DNA of 61,444 nt, filler included, from Basidiobolus ranarum (taxonomy: Eukaryota), in the NCBI GenBank assembly GCA_040143965.1. It is 3 parts of 3 records of this genome, joined end to end, with 100 filler letters (N's around TTAATTAATTAA, not from the genome) between each part and the next. Parts side by side here need not be neighbours in the genome. Positions count along the whole stretch, not along the records: positions 20,596 to 40,971 come from JASJQH010000229.1; positions 41,072 to 61,444 come from JASJQH010000230.1; 1 more part is not named here. The stretch is one strand, 5' to 3'. The translations under genes were made by a program, and so were the position numbers. Under the pieces are notes generated by a model. It had not been told where the DNA came from. It made no database searches and saw nothing but the letters and a program-made list of their open reading frames with translations. Below are positions 36,290 through 48,409 of this stretch, in pieces; position 1 is the stretch's first letter, and each line of letters opens with the position of its first letter.

Positions 36290-36639
36290 TCGAGTAAGAA
36301 GCTTCTTCTGAACTCCATCAATGGCTTATTTTGACCTAACATTGCTATCCAATCAGTATCTCTAGTGTGAACTGAATAGAAATTTGTTTACTTTTCAAAT
36401 TTATCTCACTAGACTTAATTGCCCAACATGCTTAGATGTATAATTAAAGCAAAGTAAGTTGGTTTATCACTGAATACACTATTAACGAACATGGATAATC
36501 CAAAGAACATATATGAAGGATTGGCACTAAAAGAAAAGATAAATATCATGACAATCAGAATGTTTCATGTGAGAAAGTGGGAAACTTACATAATCGGTAC
36601 CTAACATTCTGGTATCAAAATCACTGTTGAAAACTGCTA

Positions 36640-37680
36640 CATAGAAAGGAATGAGTTTGATTATCTTGGAAATACATGTGGTCTGTGCCGCCACCGATCT
36701 ATTCGCGTTGACCGGCCACCTTTATTGCGGTCCTGAATGACAACCTTACCACCATACTCTTTGAAGATGTCCATCTTTACGGGTATACCATCAAGATCTT
36801 CTATACTTTCACTAGGGCATCGAGTCGATTATTAATAGCTATGGACAGCGGTATCAATTTTTGTTGCATCAACGAAGCCACTGTTGGTGCCACTTTGGGT
36901 GAAACTGTCTCTCGGAGATCACTAACCTCGATGAGGTTTCTTTTCAACTCAATAGTGGTGCTGATTTGCGTATGATCAAGATATTGTGGTCAAGCGTGAT
37001 ATCTGCCTGTAAGCAACCCTGCCTCAACTGCTATAACCGGTATGAATGGCATGATTGTCAACTGTAAACCTAACGACGACCTCAAACCCAAGGTTGAGAA
37101 ACACGAGAAACTGTCGGCTGTCATGGTCACCTCTCCATTCACCTTCAGTGTGTTCGAAAATGAAGTGACATCATCCATAACAATAGTGATTTGGTGTACA
37201 CTGACGAAGCCAACACAAATGCTCAGATCGGTCTTATCTTTCTAGAGAGATCAGAGCGAACATTGTTACTTGAGCTTGCGTAAAACCTTCTGTATCTCTC
37301 ATGGTGGTGGTTCGGGTATGGGGCCCACTGATGTCAAGCCTCACTTGGCTCCCTACCTCCCTGATCCATTGGTTTAAACAAGTGAAACTTTACTTTTTGG
37401 CTCGACTATCATCATTTTCATCTCTTGGACTTGCAGTAAGATAATAAGTGGCAATGGCATTGCTGGGGCCAGTGAACAAGTCTTCCTCAATGCTAACTAC
37501 ACGAGAGCCACTATAAGGCCCTCTACACGAATGAGTTTACCTTTGAATTTCGACCATTTGGAACCACAGCTAAGCAACTCAAAGAGGAGAATAGAAAATG
37601 GGCCAAAATCTTGGGGCTTTGTTGAAAGAGTGCTACTACTGGCCTAGTGTCACGGCGACGGCAATCTTGTCAACTCATAC
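36640..37680 (+). pseudogene. GCV2: Glycine decarboxylase P-protein pseudogene, collapsed by deletions
   Basis: Colinear scraps: [85 protein letters not shown]; many frameshifts. Confidence 0.88.
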
Positions 37681-38103
37681 CGATTATCAATAGATGTTGC
37701 CCTCTTAATGTTGAACAATAATACGCTTCTATTCAGTATCCATTGCATGTCAAACTACAAGTGTGGAACAACACATGCTTTAAGTTGACAAATGTTGATT
37801 CACCCGAGTCTAGGAGTCAAGAATCAATGTTTAACTTCCACTAGTTACCAATTGGCTCAGTTGATTGAGTCGTTGTCTTGCAAAGAGCTTTTACCATACA
37901 TGAATTACGTCAAAGTGAGTTGTTTGCAAGTCAATCCCCTCCGGTTACCACGTTGGATTCTTTTGGGATGGAGCTTATCAACTCGCAATTCCCAACTGTC
38001 ACATATAAATAAGAGAAACAAGTTCGATGTGGAGACAACTTGTATTACGTCGCAAAATGTAAGTTGCTGATGCTTCCATCCTTAATTCTACTTTGACTTA
38101 TAG

Positions 38104-38611
38104 AGAAATCCAAAAGGTCTTCCGATGCCAAGGCTTCCATCACCAGTGCGCCTAATCCAATACCTGATGATAGATCCACAAAAGTCCAACAACAAGTGAA
38201 CCACGTGGTAGACATTATGCGAGATAATATCGGTAAAGTTATGGATCGCGGTGAGAAATTAGAGAACTTGAGCCACCAAGCAAGTAAGTTTGACTCCTGT
38301 TACCACTAGCACCAGCCCCGCCACCGCACTAACATCATGGTTCTATTAGGCGATTTAGAAATGGAATCGAACCGATTTAGACAAAACCCATGTCAAGTTC
38401 GTAAGCACATGTGGTGTGGAAATATGAAAATGCGCTTCGCAATCGCTGCTATTATAGTGGGCATTATAGTGTGTATAATTGGTGAGTAAATTCCCTCCCT
38501 TTTCCTGCTTCTCTCTATTCCTTTTCTTCTAACTAGTTCCTTTTAGCCACGATTGTATTAAAGACCAAAGATTCCCAGAGTACCAAACCTACTCTTACCC
38601 AAAGCGCTTAA
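38104..38611 (+). CDS. Synaptobrevin/VAMP R-SNARE; 5' exons uncertain
   Basis: VQQQVNHVVDIMRDNIGKVMDRGEKLENL..RFR..RKHMW.NMKM, then a TM segment; two clear downstream introns. Confidence 0.8.
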
Positions 38612-38709
38612 TCAGTTATACTCTAAAACCAAGTTTTGACTAGCATATATTTATATATTTAACTTCATTAAAGACCTATCCTATTCCATAAATAATGAAT
38701 GAATGCAAT

Positions 38710-39114
38710 TTATTTTGCTGTAGCAATTGCCATAGCGTATTCCGTATTACTTTGTATTGAAACTGAGACGTGAGTAACACCGGCCTTAGCCACAGCGTCT
38801 TTAGCATCACCATAAAAGGTCACTTTGAAATTCCCATTTACATCTTGAAGGATTTCAATCCCAATCAAAGGAGCGCCTACGCCTTGATTCCATACTTGTT
38901 CGGTATCTAAAGAAAAACTAGAAACTGCTTTGATGGTAGCCTCTTTAGCACTCCACTTCTCACATAGTTTAGACAAAGAACCTTCAGCTTCGGCCAGCTC
39001 AGACGGAGTGAAATTTCGTTCTAGAAAAGTATCATTTTCAATATTAAGTTCAGAGAGTAGTTGTATATCTATGCCAACGCCCTTCTCTCCAGATAGATTA
39101 CTTAAAAGTTCCAT
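38710..39114 (-). CDS. Stand-alone AcpS-type phosphopantetheinyl transferase domain of fungal FAS type
   Basis: GVGIDIQ..NIENDTFLERNFT..WSAKEA..GAPLIGIEI..GDAK....GV..VSVSI matches the FAS-alpha C-terminal PPT domain; no other FAS domain is adjacent. Confidence 0.8.
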   Translation of the reverse strand: MELLSNLSGEKGVGIDIQLLSELNIENDTFLERNFTPSELAEAEGSLSKLCEKWSAKEATIKAVSSFSLDTEQVWNQGVGAPLIGIEILQDVNGNFKVTFYGDAKDAVAKAGVTHVSVSIQSNTEYAMAIATAK

Positions 39115-39310
39115 AACTATCTCGGTTATAATGATAAGATGGGATTTCAAAGGATTTGGAAAATTCTCAATTACATACAGTGTTGGATTTCTCATCAAAT
39201 GATCATGCTTTAATTTGGTGATTATCAAGGTTTTGAAATAAACTACGATTAAATAATATATCCAATAATTTCTGAAAGTCTCTTGTTGTTGCATCTTTCT
39301 TATTCAAATA

Positions 39311-39899
39311 ATGGAAGTCCCAGACGTGATAAACAACCAGAATTTAGCACCAGATACTTCTGAATCGGCAGTCAGAATTGCTGACCTTCATGTGATCGAG
39401 ACGGTACTTTTTATTTCACTTTGCTGGTGGAAATCAACGAATCCCTTTTATTTTATTTTAATTCCTTTCCTTTTTCTCCACTTATAGAGGATCGTAAGGT
39501 TATTAGAAACAGCAGGCCGTACTGTGGCTATACTCTCGGATGATAGTGATCTTGGTTCAGAATTTGGAGATAAACGGCAAACTTTTGAACATTATGTTGC
39601 GGAATACATGGAATTATTGAATGTGAGGTTTTTTTACGTACCCTTAACATACATATTCCAAATCAAGTGAATTAATCCATAATTATTTACTTAAGGAAAT
39701 TCAAACTGGACTTCGACGACAATTCCATTACTTGGCAAGTTCGGGTATCGCTACCACCAACCTTCCGTACAGTGGTTCAGTGTATGGAGAGGAAAAAGAA
39801 TTTTACTCTTGGGTGAAAGTAGTATCAACACTTCGTACTGAAATCAATAGTCTGCTTCAATCTCTTCAAGTTAAAGAGGCTACTTCTGAAAATAGTTGA
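39311..39899 (+). CDS. MED11: Mediator subunit Med11, 3 exons
   Basis: RIADLHVIET|RIVRLLETAG..|EIQTGLRRQFHYL..LPYSGSVYGEEKE. Confidence 0.8.
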
Positions 39900-40291
39900 A
39901 AATCTCTCTCCCACTGTAATATAATGGAATTAATTAATAAAGAATCTCGTAGATTTTTGCTTCTCCAAGTGTAGTAATTCATTTTCTGATCTGTTTATCT
40001 ATGTGGCGATTCTTACTGCCATTCCGATGAAGGATCAATGATTCAAGTGTATTTGTGTTAATAATACTGCTCTCCTAGGATAAAGTCAAGATTTATCTCT
40101 CATTATCATACCACTGGACAATCTACAATATCTTCTGGAGAATGATATATGATTTACATGGTACAGAGAGCTGTGATAGTTTCCCTTCATAAAATACTCT
40201 AGTTGCTAGCAGTTCAAGTATCCTCTTGCTAATAACATTCTTGGCAATATCCTCAATTTTGCCTGATCTTCTTCTGGTGTCTCCTCCTTAG

Positions 40292-40971
40292 TATAGAAAT
40301 TAGCATAGCCTAAACACCTACAGTCCATTTGGCAACATATAACACAAACATCACCATGCTAGCTGTTATATTAATGAAACTATGGAATGGTTTGCAAGTT
40401 TGGCAATATTTTGAAAAAGCCAGATGACTTTTAAAATGACTACTTTTTCAAAATACTTGTGTTTTTATATAAACAATTGATGGCCTGGCAAAGTAATATC
40501 CCAATTTCTATAAACTTACATCATTCCATATTTAACATATATATTTTATTGAAATTAGCATTGCCTAAACACCTATATAGTCATATATAGCTTAGTACTT
40601 AGTTATCTTATAATTCACTAAGATATTATCCATTGTTGGAGGATCTTGACATAATGGGGGTAGACTTTGGGTATTAGAAGCAACTTATGATAGTGTGTTT
40701 TAGTTGTTAAAGTATTTGGGAGCCTGTTGGAAGTGGTGTGGAGAATTAGAGGAATTAGTGGTTTTCACTTATTGATTTATTGAGTAGAAAGTTGACATTT
40801 AGAGTTTTGTCAAGATGTAAGCAAAATAACATGTAGAATGTGTTAAGGAAGGTCCCAGGAACCTGTGTGCAAAGTTTGGGGCTTCTAGCACAAGTTTGAA
40901 AAATCTATATATCTGAGAACTTCTAAGTTGGTAAAAATATTCTAAGTAAATTCCGATTGAGAATAATTGAT
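40292..40971. mobile_element. Nested stack of copia LTR fragments
   Basis: Old LTR ~40292-40537; LTR-A 5' part (+) 40547-40633; LTR-B 3' end (-) 40634-40704; LTR-A (-) from 40705 to the gap. Confidence 0.88.
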
Positions 40972-41071
40972 NNNNNNNNNNNNNNNNNNNNNNNNNNNNN
41001 NNNNNNNNNNNNNNNTTAATTAATTAANNNNNNNNNNNNNNNNNNNNNNNNNNNNNNNNNNNNNNNNNNNN
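40972..41071. other. Artificial contig spacer (N44-TTAATTAATTAA-N44)
   Basis: N run containing a six-frame stop linker. Confidence 0.98.
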
Positions 41072-41278
41072 AAAATCAGATCCACCATCAAGTTAAAACT
41101 TAAGAAGATTCTTTACCTCGCTGTCGCAGTAGGACACATAAAAAAAACAGAAGATCAAATCCTCGGTAACATTATGTTGTCTATCAATTTCTTGGTCTCC
41201 CTCTTGAAGAAGAACTGGCAAAACGTCAAGTCTCTCTACATCAAGTCTTCCATGGGCAAACCTCAACGTCTCTACTAA
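41072..41278 (+). CDS. RPL1: 60S ribosomal protein uL1 C-terminus (truncated by the gap, possibly degenerate)
   Basis: [52 protein letters not shown]. Confidence 0.85.
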   Translation, partial: KIRSTIKLKLKKILYLAVAVGHIKKTEDQILGNIMLSINFLVSLLKKNWQNVKSLYIKSSMGKPQRLY

Positions 41279-41650
41279 ACGGTGGATTGTTCTTTTTGAA
41301 TTAATTTAACTCGCTTTATTGAGATTGCTGTCATAATTGTAGTGATACTTTGAATAAACAACATAAATCATACCTTTATAACTTCTGTTGATATATGCGC
41401 ATATATAGTAAGGAATTTGTTTAACGTAGACGAATCCTTTTTCCCGATGTGGTAGTTCGAAATTGTGTAAGAACTTGGCTTCAAGGTTGAAATGAATGGG
41501 AGACAGGTGATTGTTTTGGTTTTATTGACAATATGGATTTTAACGAGTTACATGTAGCAGTTGAAGAAACTGATGATTGAAATAATTATAAAGCGAATCT
41601 CTAACTTATTTTATCAGTTCATTCGTAAATCGTTATAGCATGTATGAGCC

Positions 41651-42921
41651 TCACTGGCGACGGAAGCTACGACCACTATAATAACATCCCATACTTGTTA
41701 ATAAAAGGTGATATGATACTGTTTGTCTAAAGAAGATACTTACGTAATCGTCTTCTTTTCCGCATTGGCCACTTCGGGTTTAGCGCGATTTAAGACCTTA
41801 AGGAAATCGCTGACACGTTGACGCATACGGGAGTGCATGTAAGCTTTAGAGCACTTGATATGATAATGAAGATAATCACGGAAAAGTTGAATTTGTGATA
41901 TGGTCTTCTCACGAATTTCTCCCTCTACGAAATGTCTAGGAAACAAGACTAGGGGAGGAATTAGTCGACTTCTTGCCAAAAGATGTATAAATAGAATACC
42001 AACCAAATGTAACGTAACCAAAGCCTTCCGATGTAGAGGGGTTTGGAATTCCACGAATTTCAAGAGGAGGCTCACGGTTGGAGTAGAGTACTTGTGGAGC
42101 GTTTTGGATAGCTGGCTGTCTACGAGCATCAACAAATTCCTATATAATAAAAAGGATAATATTAAGTTAATTGTATGAGGTCCAAAATGTTTATCTTCTA
42201 TGTACTTGCCTGTAAAAACACTTTTCCAAATACACGGTCCATCTCTTCTTGGAATTCAGTGGAGAAGACCACTGTAACACGGTCTGAGGAAGGCTTGATG
42301 TAAAAGGATTCGTTCTCACGATAATCGATAGTCATCAATTCAGCATTCCCATTCTCTGAAGCTTGTTCTTGGAAGGCCTTTTCAAAGGGCGCTGCGAAAG
42401 CGTAGCGTTTCAAGAGACCGATCTTCTTAGAGAATTCGGCTATATTTTAAAGTTATACCGGTTAATATAAACTAGTTATTGAATCATCCGAAGAAATAAT
42501 TGGTTTAATACCTTTATCCTCACTGAAATTCTCAAGGTCAACTAAGAGAGATACATTATAACCCTGCTCGGTATTGGTAAGATATTGACTGAATTCACGC
42601 TCAAGAATTTCACGAGCACCATATCTTTCCAAGTCACTGTAACATTTCATGGTCATCGAAATAAGAAGCTGGGTTTTGGTTTCCGGAGTGGAAATGTGAT
42701 AAGATACGGAATCATAATCAGCAAGAATTAAGTCAACCACTTCATACTTGTCACTTTAAAGAAGTAATAGAAAGAAAAAGAACGTCAGATGATTCGAAGG
42801 TTTCCCCATTAAAAAAAAATGAGGAAATAGTATATAAAAAGCACACAAAGCTGACGTACCTGTCAAGTATTTTGAAGATGGTATCTTCCATAATCATAGA
42901 ATTGGGCTCGAGAAGAATCAT
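41651..42921 (-). CDS. ARC35: Arp2/3 complex subunit ARPC2/p34, multi-exon
   Basis: [74 protein letters not shown]. Confidence 0.96.
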
Positions 42922-43498
42922 CTTGGTGGATTGGAGAAAAAAAGGTAAAGGTTAAATGCAAGAAATGGGTAGCGGTTTCTAGGTGAAGTATCAATAACTG
43001 GTCGAAAATGTATATTGTGACCAGAGGCCAACTGTTTTCACGATTAGTTTATCGAGAGTGTAGATTTCCAGTGGTCAAAATTTTGACAAAACGTCATCAA
43101 TTTATTAGCAAATATTGGTTAATTTCTTCAATAAACCGAGAAACCGAGAAACCGAGATTAATTAAATTGGTTCCATCGCATACAAATCTCTATGTAGATT
43201 TTTCATAATATTTATAATACAAGAGAAGACTTGAAGATAAAGAATAAGGTGCATTGATAGTGATAAGATGTATCAATGTATGTATATATTTTCAAAAGAG
43301 ACCATAGGATTAAAATAAACAGGAAACGTAGAGGGGTCTATATCTGTTTGCAAAAAATGATACTAAGGGCTCCGAAAGAACAGGTGCGAAAATCGGCTAA
43401 AAGATAAACGAGGTTCGGGGCTTAATGTAAACACAGAAACTAAGCCGAAAAGGAAAGGAAAGGCAAACATATATTCAGATATTGTCATATTACAGAAC

Positions 43499-45020
43499 CT
43501 AGTCGGAGGCCAAGTCCGAATCCGAGCCCTCATCAACCTCTAATTCTTCTCCTGAGCTGATGGGACTAGAATCTCTTCCAATAAGAGAGCTTAGAGGTTT
43601 CTTTCCACCGTGGGTGGGTCGGATCTTCGGTTGTTCACTGAAAGAACCAAGATTGGTATCAGAATCCTCTTCGAATTCCTCCACTGCATCTTCCTCCTCA
43701 GAGTGTCCAGGTTCTGCGGTGGCTTCTTCCTTTTTGTTCGGAATAGGCGTAGGTGGTAATGATCTTGGTCGATTAGCTGGGCCACGTCCTTGCATCACAA
43801 TAAATTCTTGCCAAACGTAATTCTTACACTTGTCTGTGTCAGGAAGATCTTGGATCATCTTGGCTATGGTTGGGTGAGAGAAACCATAGTAGTCAGGGCC
43901 AGACGCTGAGTTGCTATGATCGCGTTTGCGAATAGCATTAGCAACTTTAACAACAGTAGTCCACGCACCGGTGGCGGTGTTAGCAATGATGGGATTGTTT
44001 TGATCTTCAGGTTCTATTATAAACTAGTAAGGAATGAATCAGCCAAATAGTCGTATCTCACAAATAACACGATTCACATACCCTGGGTCCATCACCACCA
44101 TCGGAAATGCTACACACATAGGTAGTTTGTTTATCAGGATCGACCATAGAGCTGTAGGTTCTATGATAGTTGTAAAAGCATTAGTTTCGAAATTGACTGC
44201 TATAGAGCACAGTAACAGTACCAACCTTCTAACAGTGTAGCCGATGGGCCAAATATACCGATCATTATGAAAAGTATCACGTTCCCATTCAACTTTACCA
44301 AGATTGATGACAGTAAGAATACCAATCTGGACAGGTAGAACGTAATTTCCTTTCTCATCTTTATCCAGTTGTTGGACGCGACGAGGTTTCATTTCACTAC
44401 GCTTCTTGCGTCTCTTCTTGGTCGGTGGGGGTGCAACTGGTGTTGTAGGAGCACTACGTTTGGAGCTACTAGCAGCGCGAACGATTTTGACTTCTTTGTC
44501 GGCTTTTCTTTTTGGTGGACTACGGTGAGACGAAGGCTCATCTATCGAGGTTAAATAAAGTAAACAAATGGTGCAATTATCTTGGGCTAGTGATTTTTAG
44601 CCTACCTGAAGCTTCAGATTCTGAAGAAGTAGAGGATAAGCTCGACACGTTGGAGGAATCCGATTCTTCAAGCTTGGCAATCCGTTCTAACAATAGGCTG
44701 AAGCAGTTCGGGTCAAATCACCATATCAAAATTAAGTCTAATAAATATCTAAGAAACTTACTTTCTTTCACGTCTTAAACGCAAAATCTGTCTTTTGCTT
44801 TTATCGAGTTGTTCAACAACTTTGTCATTTTCCTTGATATTAAACATTAGTAAACTCTCAAGAAAATAATGTCACAAATATTCACTCTCACCTCTAAAAC
44901 CTCCTTTAACTTGCGTTTAATTTTACGATATTTTTCTTCGGACAGACTGGAATCACGCTCTTTTTCTCTATTGGTACGATCGCGTTTATTTGAATGGTGA
45001 TAATGAGTAGTAGGTGGCAT
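43499..45020 (-). CDS. TBRG1/INO80E-like nuclear protein with FYRN and FYRC domains, multi-exon
   Basis: EKYRKIKRKLK..EN..LRRER|LLLER coiled coil; LTVINLG..FHNDRYIWPIGY; GAWTTV..SGPDYYGFSHPTIAKMIQDLP..KCKNY. Confidence 0.88.
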
Positions 45021-45763
45021 CTTGTACTACTATTTAAAAGGCATTAGTTGTGTGATAAATTAACCAAGGAAATCCAAACTTCGTTTGTTCCTTTTTGATT
45101 CTTCTATATTATTCTAAATTTTAAAGGAAAAAGTCATCTAATACCTTTATATTGGTAAAAAAATTATGTCAACCAAATAAATAGCATAGAGCGAGAAAAA
45201 AGAAAAATCACAATGTCCAAAGGAGATGACGACAAAGGAATATCTCAAGAACTAGTGAAGTTTACCGATAGAAAACAGGAAACGTACAAAGTTGTGAGTC
45301 AGGGATGAAAAATTTTCTTGCACGGGGTAAAGGACAAAAAAACTAAGGTTTAGTCAAAAGTAGAGAATATAGAAAAAGAGCCGAGGATTATTCCTAGCCA
45401 GGCGCTGTTCATGACCAAACAAATTAGTTTATTATTATTTAGATGGAAATTTTCAAGGTAATGTTTTGTTAAAGAGCTCACGACCTAGAGATCAATCATA
45501 CGTCACTCAAAGCACTTGTAATTATGATCTTAATATCACAACTTCAAGGGCAGTAAGTAGTGTAGCTCCATACTTTATTCAACTGCCTGGCCTATCATAA
45601 GCTACTTACAGAAGTGCCCCTTAAAGACGGTTTTTAAGCTGAAGATACTCTACAAGATCATCTACAGAATTGGATCAGTTATGTGGAGTTAACGGTTTTA
45701 TTAAATCAATATTAATGATACATGCTGAGTGGGGGGAGGGGTTATAGAGGATTGAGGGTATAT

Positions 45764-46210
45764 TTATTCATAGATAAGCTTATCAACGAAACGGTTGTAT
45801 TCGACAATACCTTCAGTAAACCAGAGACCAATTTCACGCTCAGCAGACTCAACGGAGTCAGATCCGTGGCAAAGATTCTTACCAACATCGACGCAGAAAT
45901 CACCACGGATGGTGCCGGGAAGGGAGGCAAGGGGATTGGTCTCACCAAGGAGGACACGGCCAGTCTTGACAACACCTTTTCCTTCCCAGACCATACCGAC
46001 CACAGGGCCAGAGGTCATATAGGCCATAAGACCGCGGAAGAAAGGCTTGTCAGCGAGATCCTTATAGTGCTCAGCTAAAAGTTGTTCAGTGGGTTGAACA
46101 AGCTTCAAAGCAGCAAGCTTATAGCCCTTTTGTTCGAAGCGTTTGATGACTTCGCCAACAAGACCACGCTCGACACCGTCGGGCTTAACCATAATATAGG
46201 TACGTTCCAT
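45764..46210 (-). CDS. NDK1: Nucleoside diphosphate kinase
   Basis: [39 protein letters not shown]. Confidence 0.98.
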   Translation of the reverse strand: MERTYIMVKPDGVERGLVGEVIKRFEQKGYKLAALKLVQPTEQLLAEHYKDLADKPFFRGLMAYMTSGPVVGMVWEGKGVVKTGRVLLGETNPLASLPGTIRGDFCVDVGKNLCHGSDSVESAEREIGLWFTEGIVEYNRFVDKLIYE

Positions 46211-47135
46211 TGTGAGTGATGTTTGGAGTAAATAAAAAGAACCGTTGAGGCTGATAACATAATTTGGTTTCTTTTATAGGTTAGAGCAAAAGAAAAAAAG
46301 TGGTTTTGAACCTATGAAAAGGTGACACTAGGATACGAAAAATGTTCGAGTAACTGTTACAATGCTTACGAGTTGAAGGACTATTTCCGTTATTATTATT
46401 AGTGATAAGTTCCCAAGATCGATGTTTTTCGCTTGCTTATGACACAAAAGTCATTGATATTATTTATAGAGAAGTTGCACCATGGCTATTACAGATGTGC
46501 TGGATTCAGATCTTTCGACGCTGCAAAAATATGACAAGCTGCTGATGTTACAAGTTGATATAGGATATTCCTTAGTAATTGAATTAGTACTTACCATGCA
46601 GATGGTGACAACGCACATCATTATCTCAAAAAAAGCCATATGTTAAGCAATTGATTGGAAGGAATGGTCAGCTTGAGACAGTTTTATAGGAATATCTTCA
46701 AGTGCGCTATCTATTTCCGAGTGGTACGAATAAATCACTCATTTGATGTTGCACTATTTGGGGGGGGAATAGAAAAGTGGGGGATTGGTGTACCGGTCAC
46801 TTAATTCAACCTAACCTTGCTATTAGCTCAGCTATTAACTCAAGGCTTTACAACTCAACCATATTGGTGGTAACAACCGGTCTTTAGTTTCAATTGTAGC
46901 TCGTTTATGGGCCTCCAATACATCAGTAAATTGCACAGAATGATTAGCGCCAAATATGGCTAATTCAATTTGTTGCTGGATACAATATACTTGCAGCATT
47001 GACATATCATCTCTCATTATCACGAGCGATCCTATGAGCTGGATATTGTTTATTGATCCAAGTTCATGGAGTGGATTTCAAGATGTTACGAAAACATTAT
47101 CATAGCATGAAGAACTGATCATTGATTAGGAAGAG

Positions 47136-48409
47136 CTACGGTCTCATTGCCATTTCTTTCACGAATAAGTATCCGGTGCTTTCCGTCTCATCTTCTTTCC
47201 ATTCACCAACAATGTCAAGGAAGCGTGATGTGGCGTCAGTGATGTTTTTAAGCTCAATAATAGACGATTTAGCCGTCCCAATTGAGGTGTGATCTACAAC
47301 GGAGAGTTGCTTAGCAATGAGTGTTTATAGGCAACGTAAATAAGGGCTTACCTCCACTTTTGTTAAAGCTAAATATCTCTACTACAAAGTCTTGATAAGA
47401 GTCTCCATAGCAAAGTGTACCTAAAGAGACTAAAAACGAATTTCAGTGTTCTGACCATTCGACAGAGAGACTTGAAATACTTACTATTAAAAGGATCCCA
47501 TATGATGTTGGATGATTTTGGACAAGGTTTGCTTCGATAAACCACAGCGAGATGTCCATCTTAAAGGTGTCAATAACTTACGAACCAAATATCTGTCTAC
47601 CTATTTCTACATACCTTTACGGCGGCGATTGATTTCAAAGAAAAGGGAATTGGCCTAGAGAATATTGTCAGCTTTGAATATGAGATGTCAAGCGGGTAAG
47701 ATAACCTAAACCTGTGCTTCGATATTTTGGACAGCAAATTGAAATCTATAGGATCTCTAGTTAGTCTTTTTAATGATCAAAAGTTGGTTATCTTCTCATA
47801 CGTGATGTTCTCCGGAGTGTCAACTATTTCATCAACCATCAGTGTGATAGTTCCTGAAAAATCCCTCTCTGGATTAATTAAGTGCTCGGAAAGTGTTTTA
47901 TTCTTGGCCCATACTTAAATAAAAGATAAGATTTGTAGTTTAAGAGCGAATTGAAGGGTTTGACTCATACAAATATCCTGAAGGTTTGTCTCCAGAAAGC
48001 CAATGTAATCGTGTTCATCCATGTTATCCGAGTCACTATCAATGTCAAAGACATCAAATCTGTTTGTTGCAGGTTAATGAAGGAAGGAATCATTAAGGTC
48101 AGATGGGGTGGAAAAGGTAACCTTAAATGAGTTTCTTTTCCGCCAAGAATGAAGCATTTGGTGAAACGAGGGTTTGGCGAGTCCTGTATAACCTCAGTTC
48201 TACCAAACTCTAACCAAGTGATTTGGCGAGTATCATTCCTTAAACTCAAAATTACAACTGGGTCTGATTCAGAAAAGAAGTCAAGCTTTGGAAGCTTCCT
48301 GAATATATGACGTTTTCTTTAACTTCAACAACATATAGTGTTTAGGAGTAAATACATACTGGCACTCAACTCGGAGTTCAAAGAAAGTGTTTCTAGTTTC
48401 ATCAGACAT
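47136..48409 (-). CDS. Copine-like tandem C2-domain protein lacking the vWA domain, multi-exon
   Basis: ELRVEC|RKLPKLDFFSESDP..GRTEVIQDSPNPRF..FDVFDID..DYIG; second C2 VYRS..IWDPF..LCYGD..HTSIG; stop TAG at 47136-47138. Confidence 0.78.

Noticed and set aside
39115-39294. 60-aa N-terminal extension of the PPT ORF
   Set aside because: AT-rich, overlaps the MED11 divergent promoter and does not resemble FAS; Met at 39114 is more plausible
46470-47060. Missing copine vWA exons
   Set aside because: Intron-like signals are present but no vWA/MIDAS motif was recognised; left as an unidentified relic
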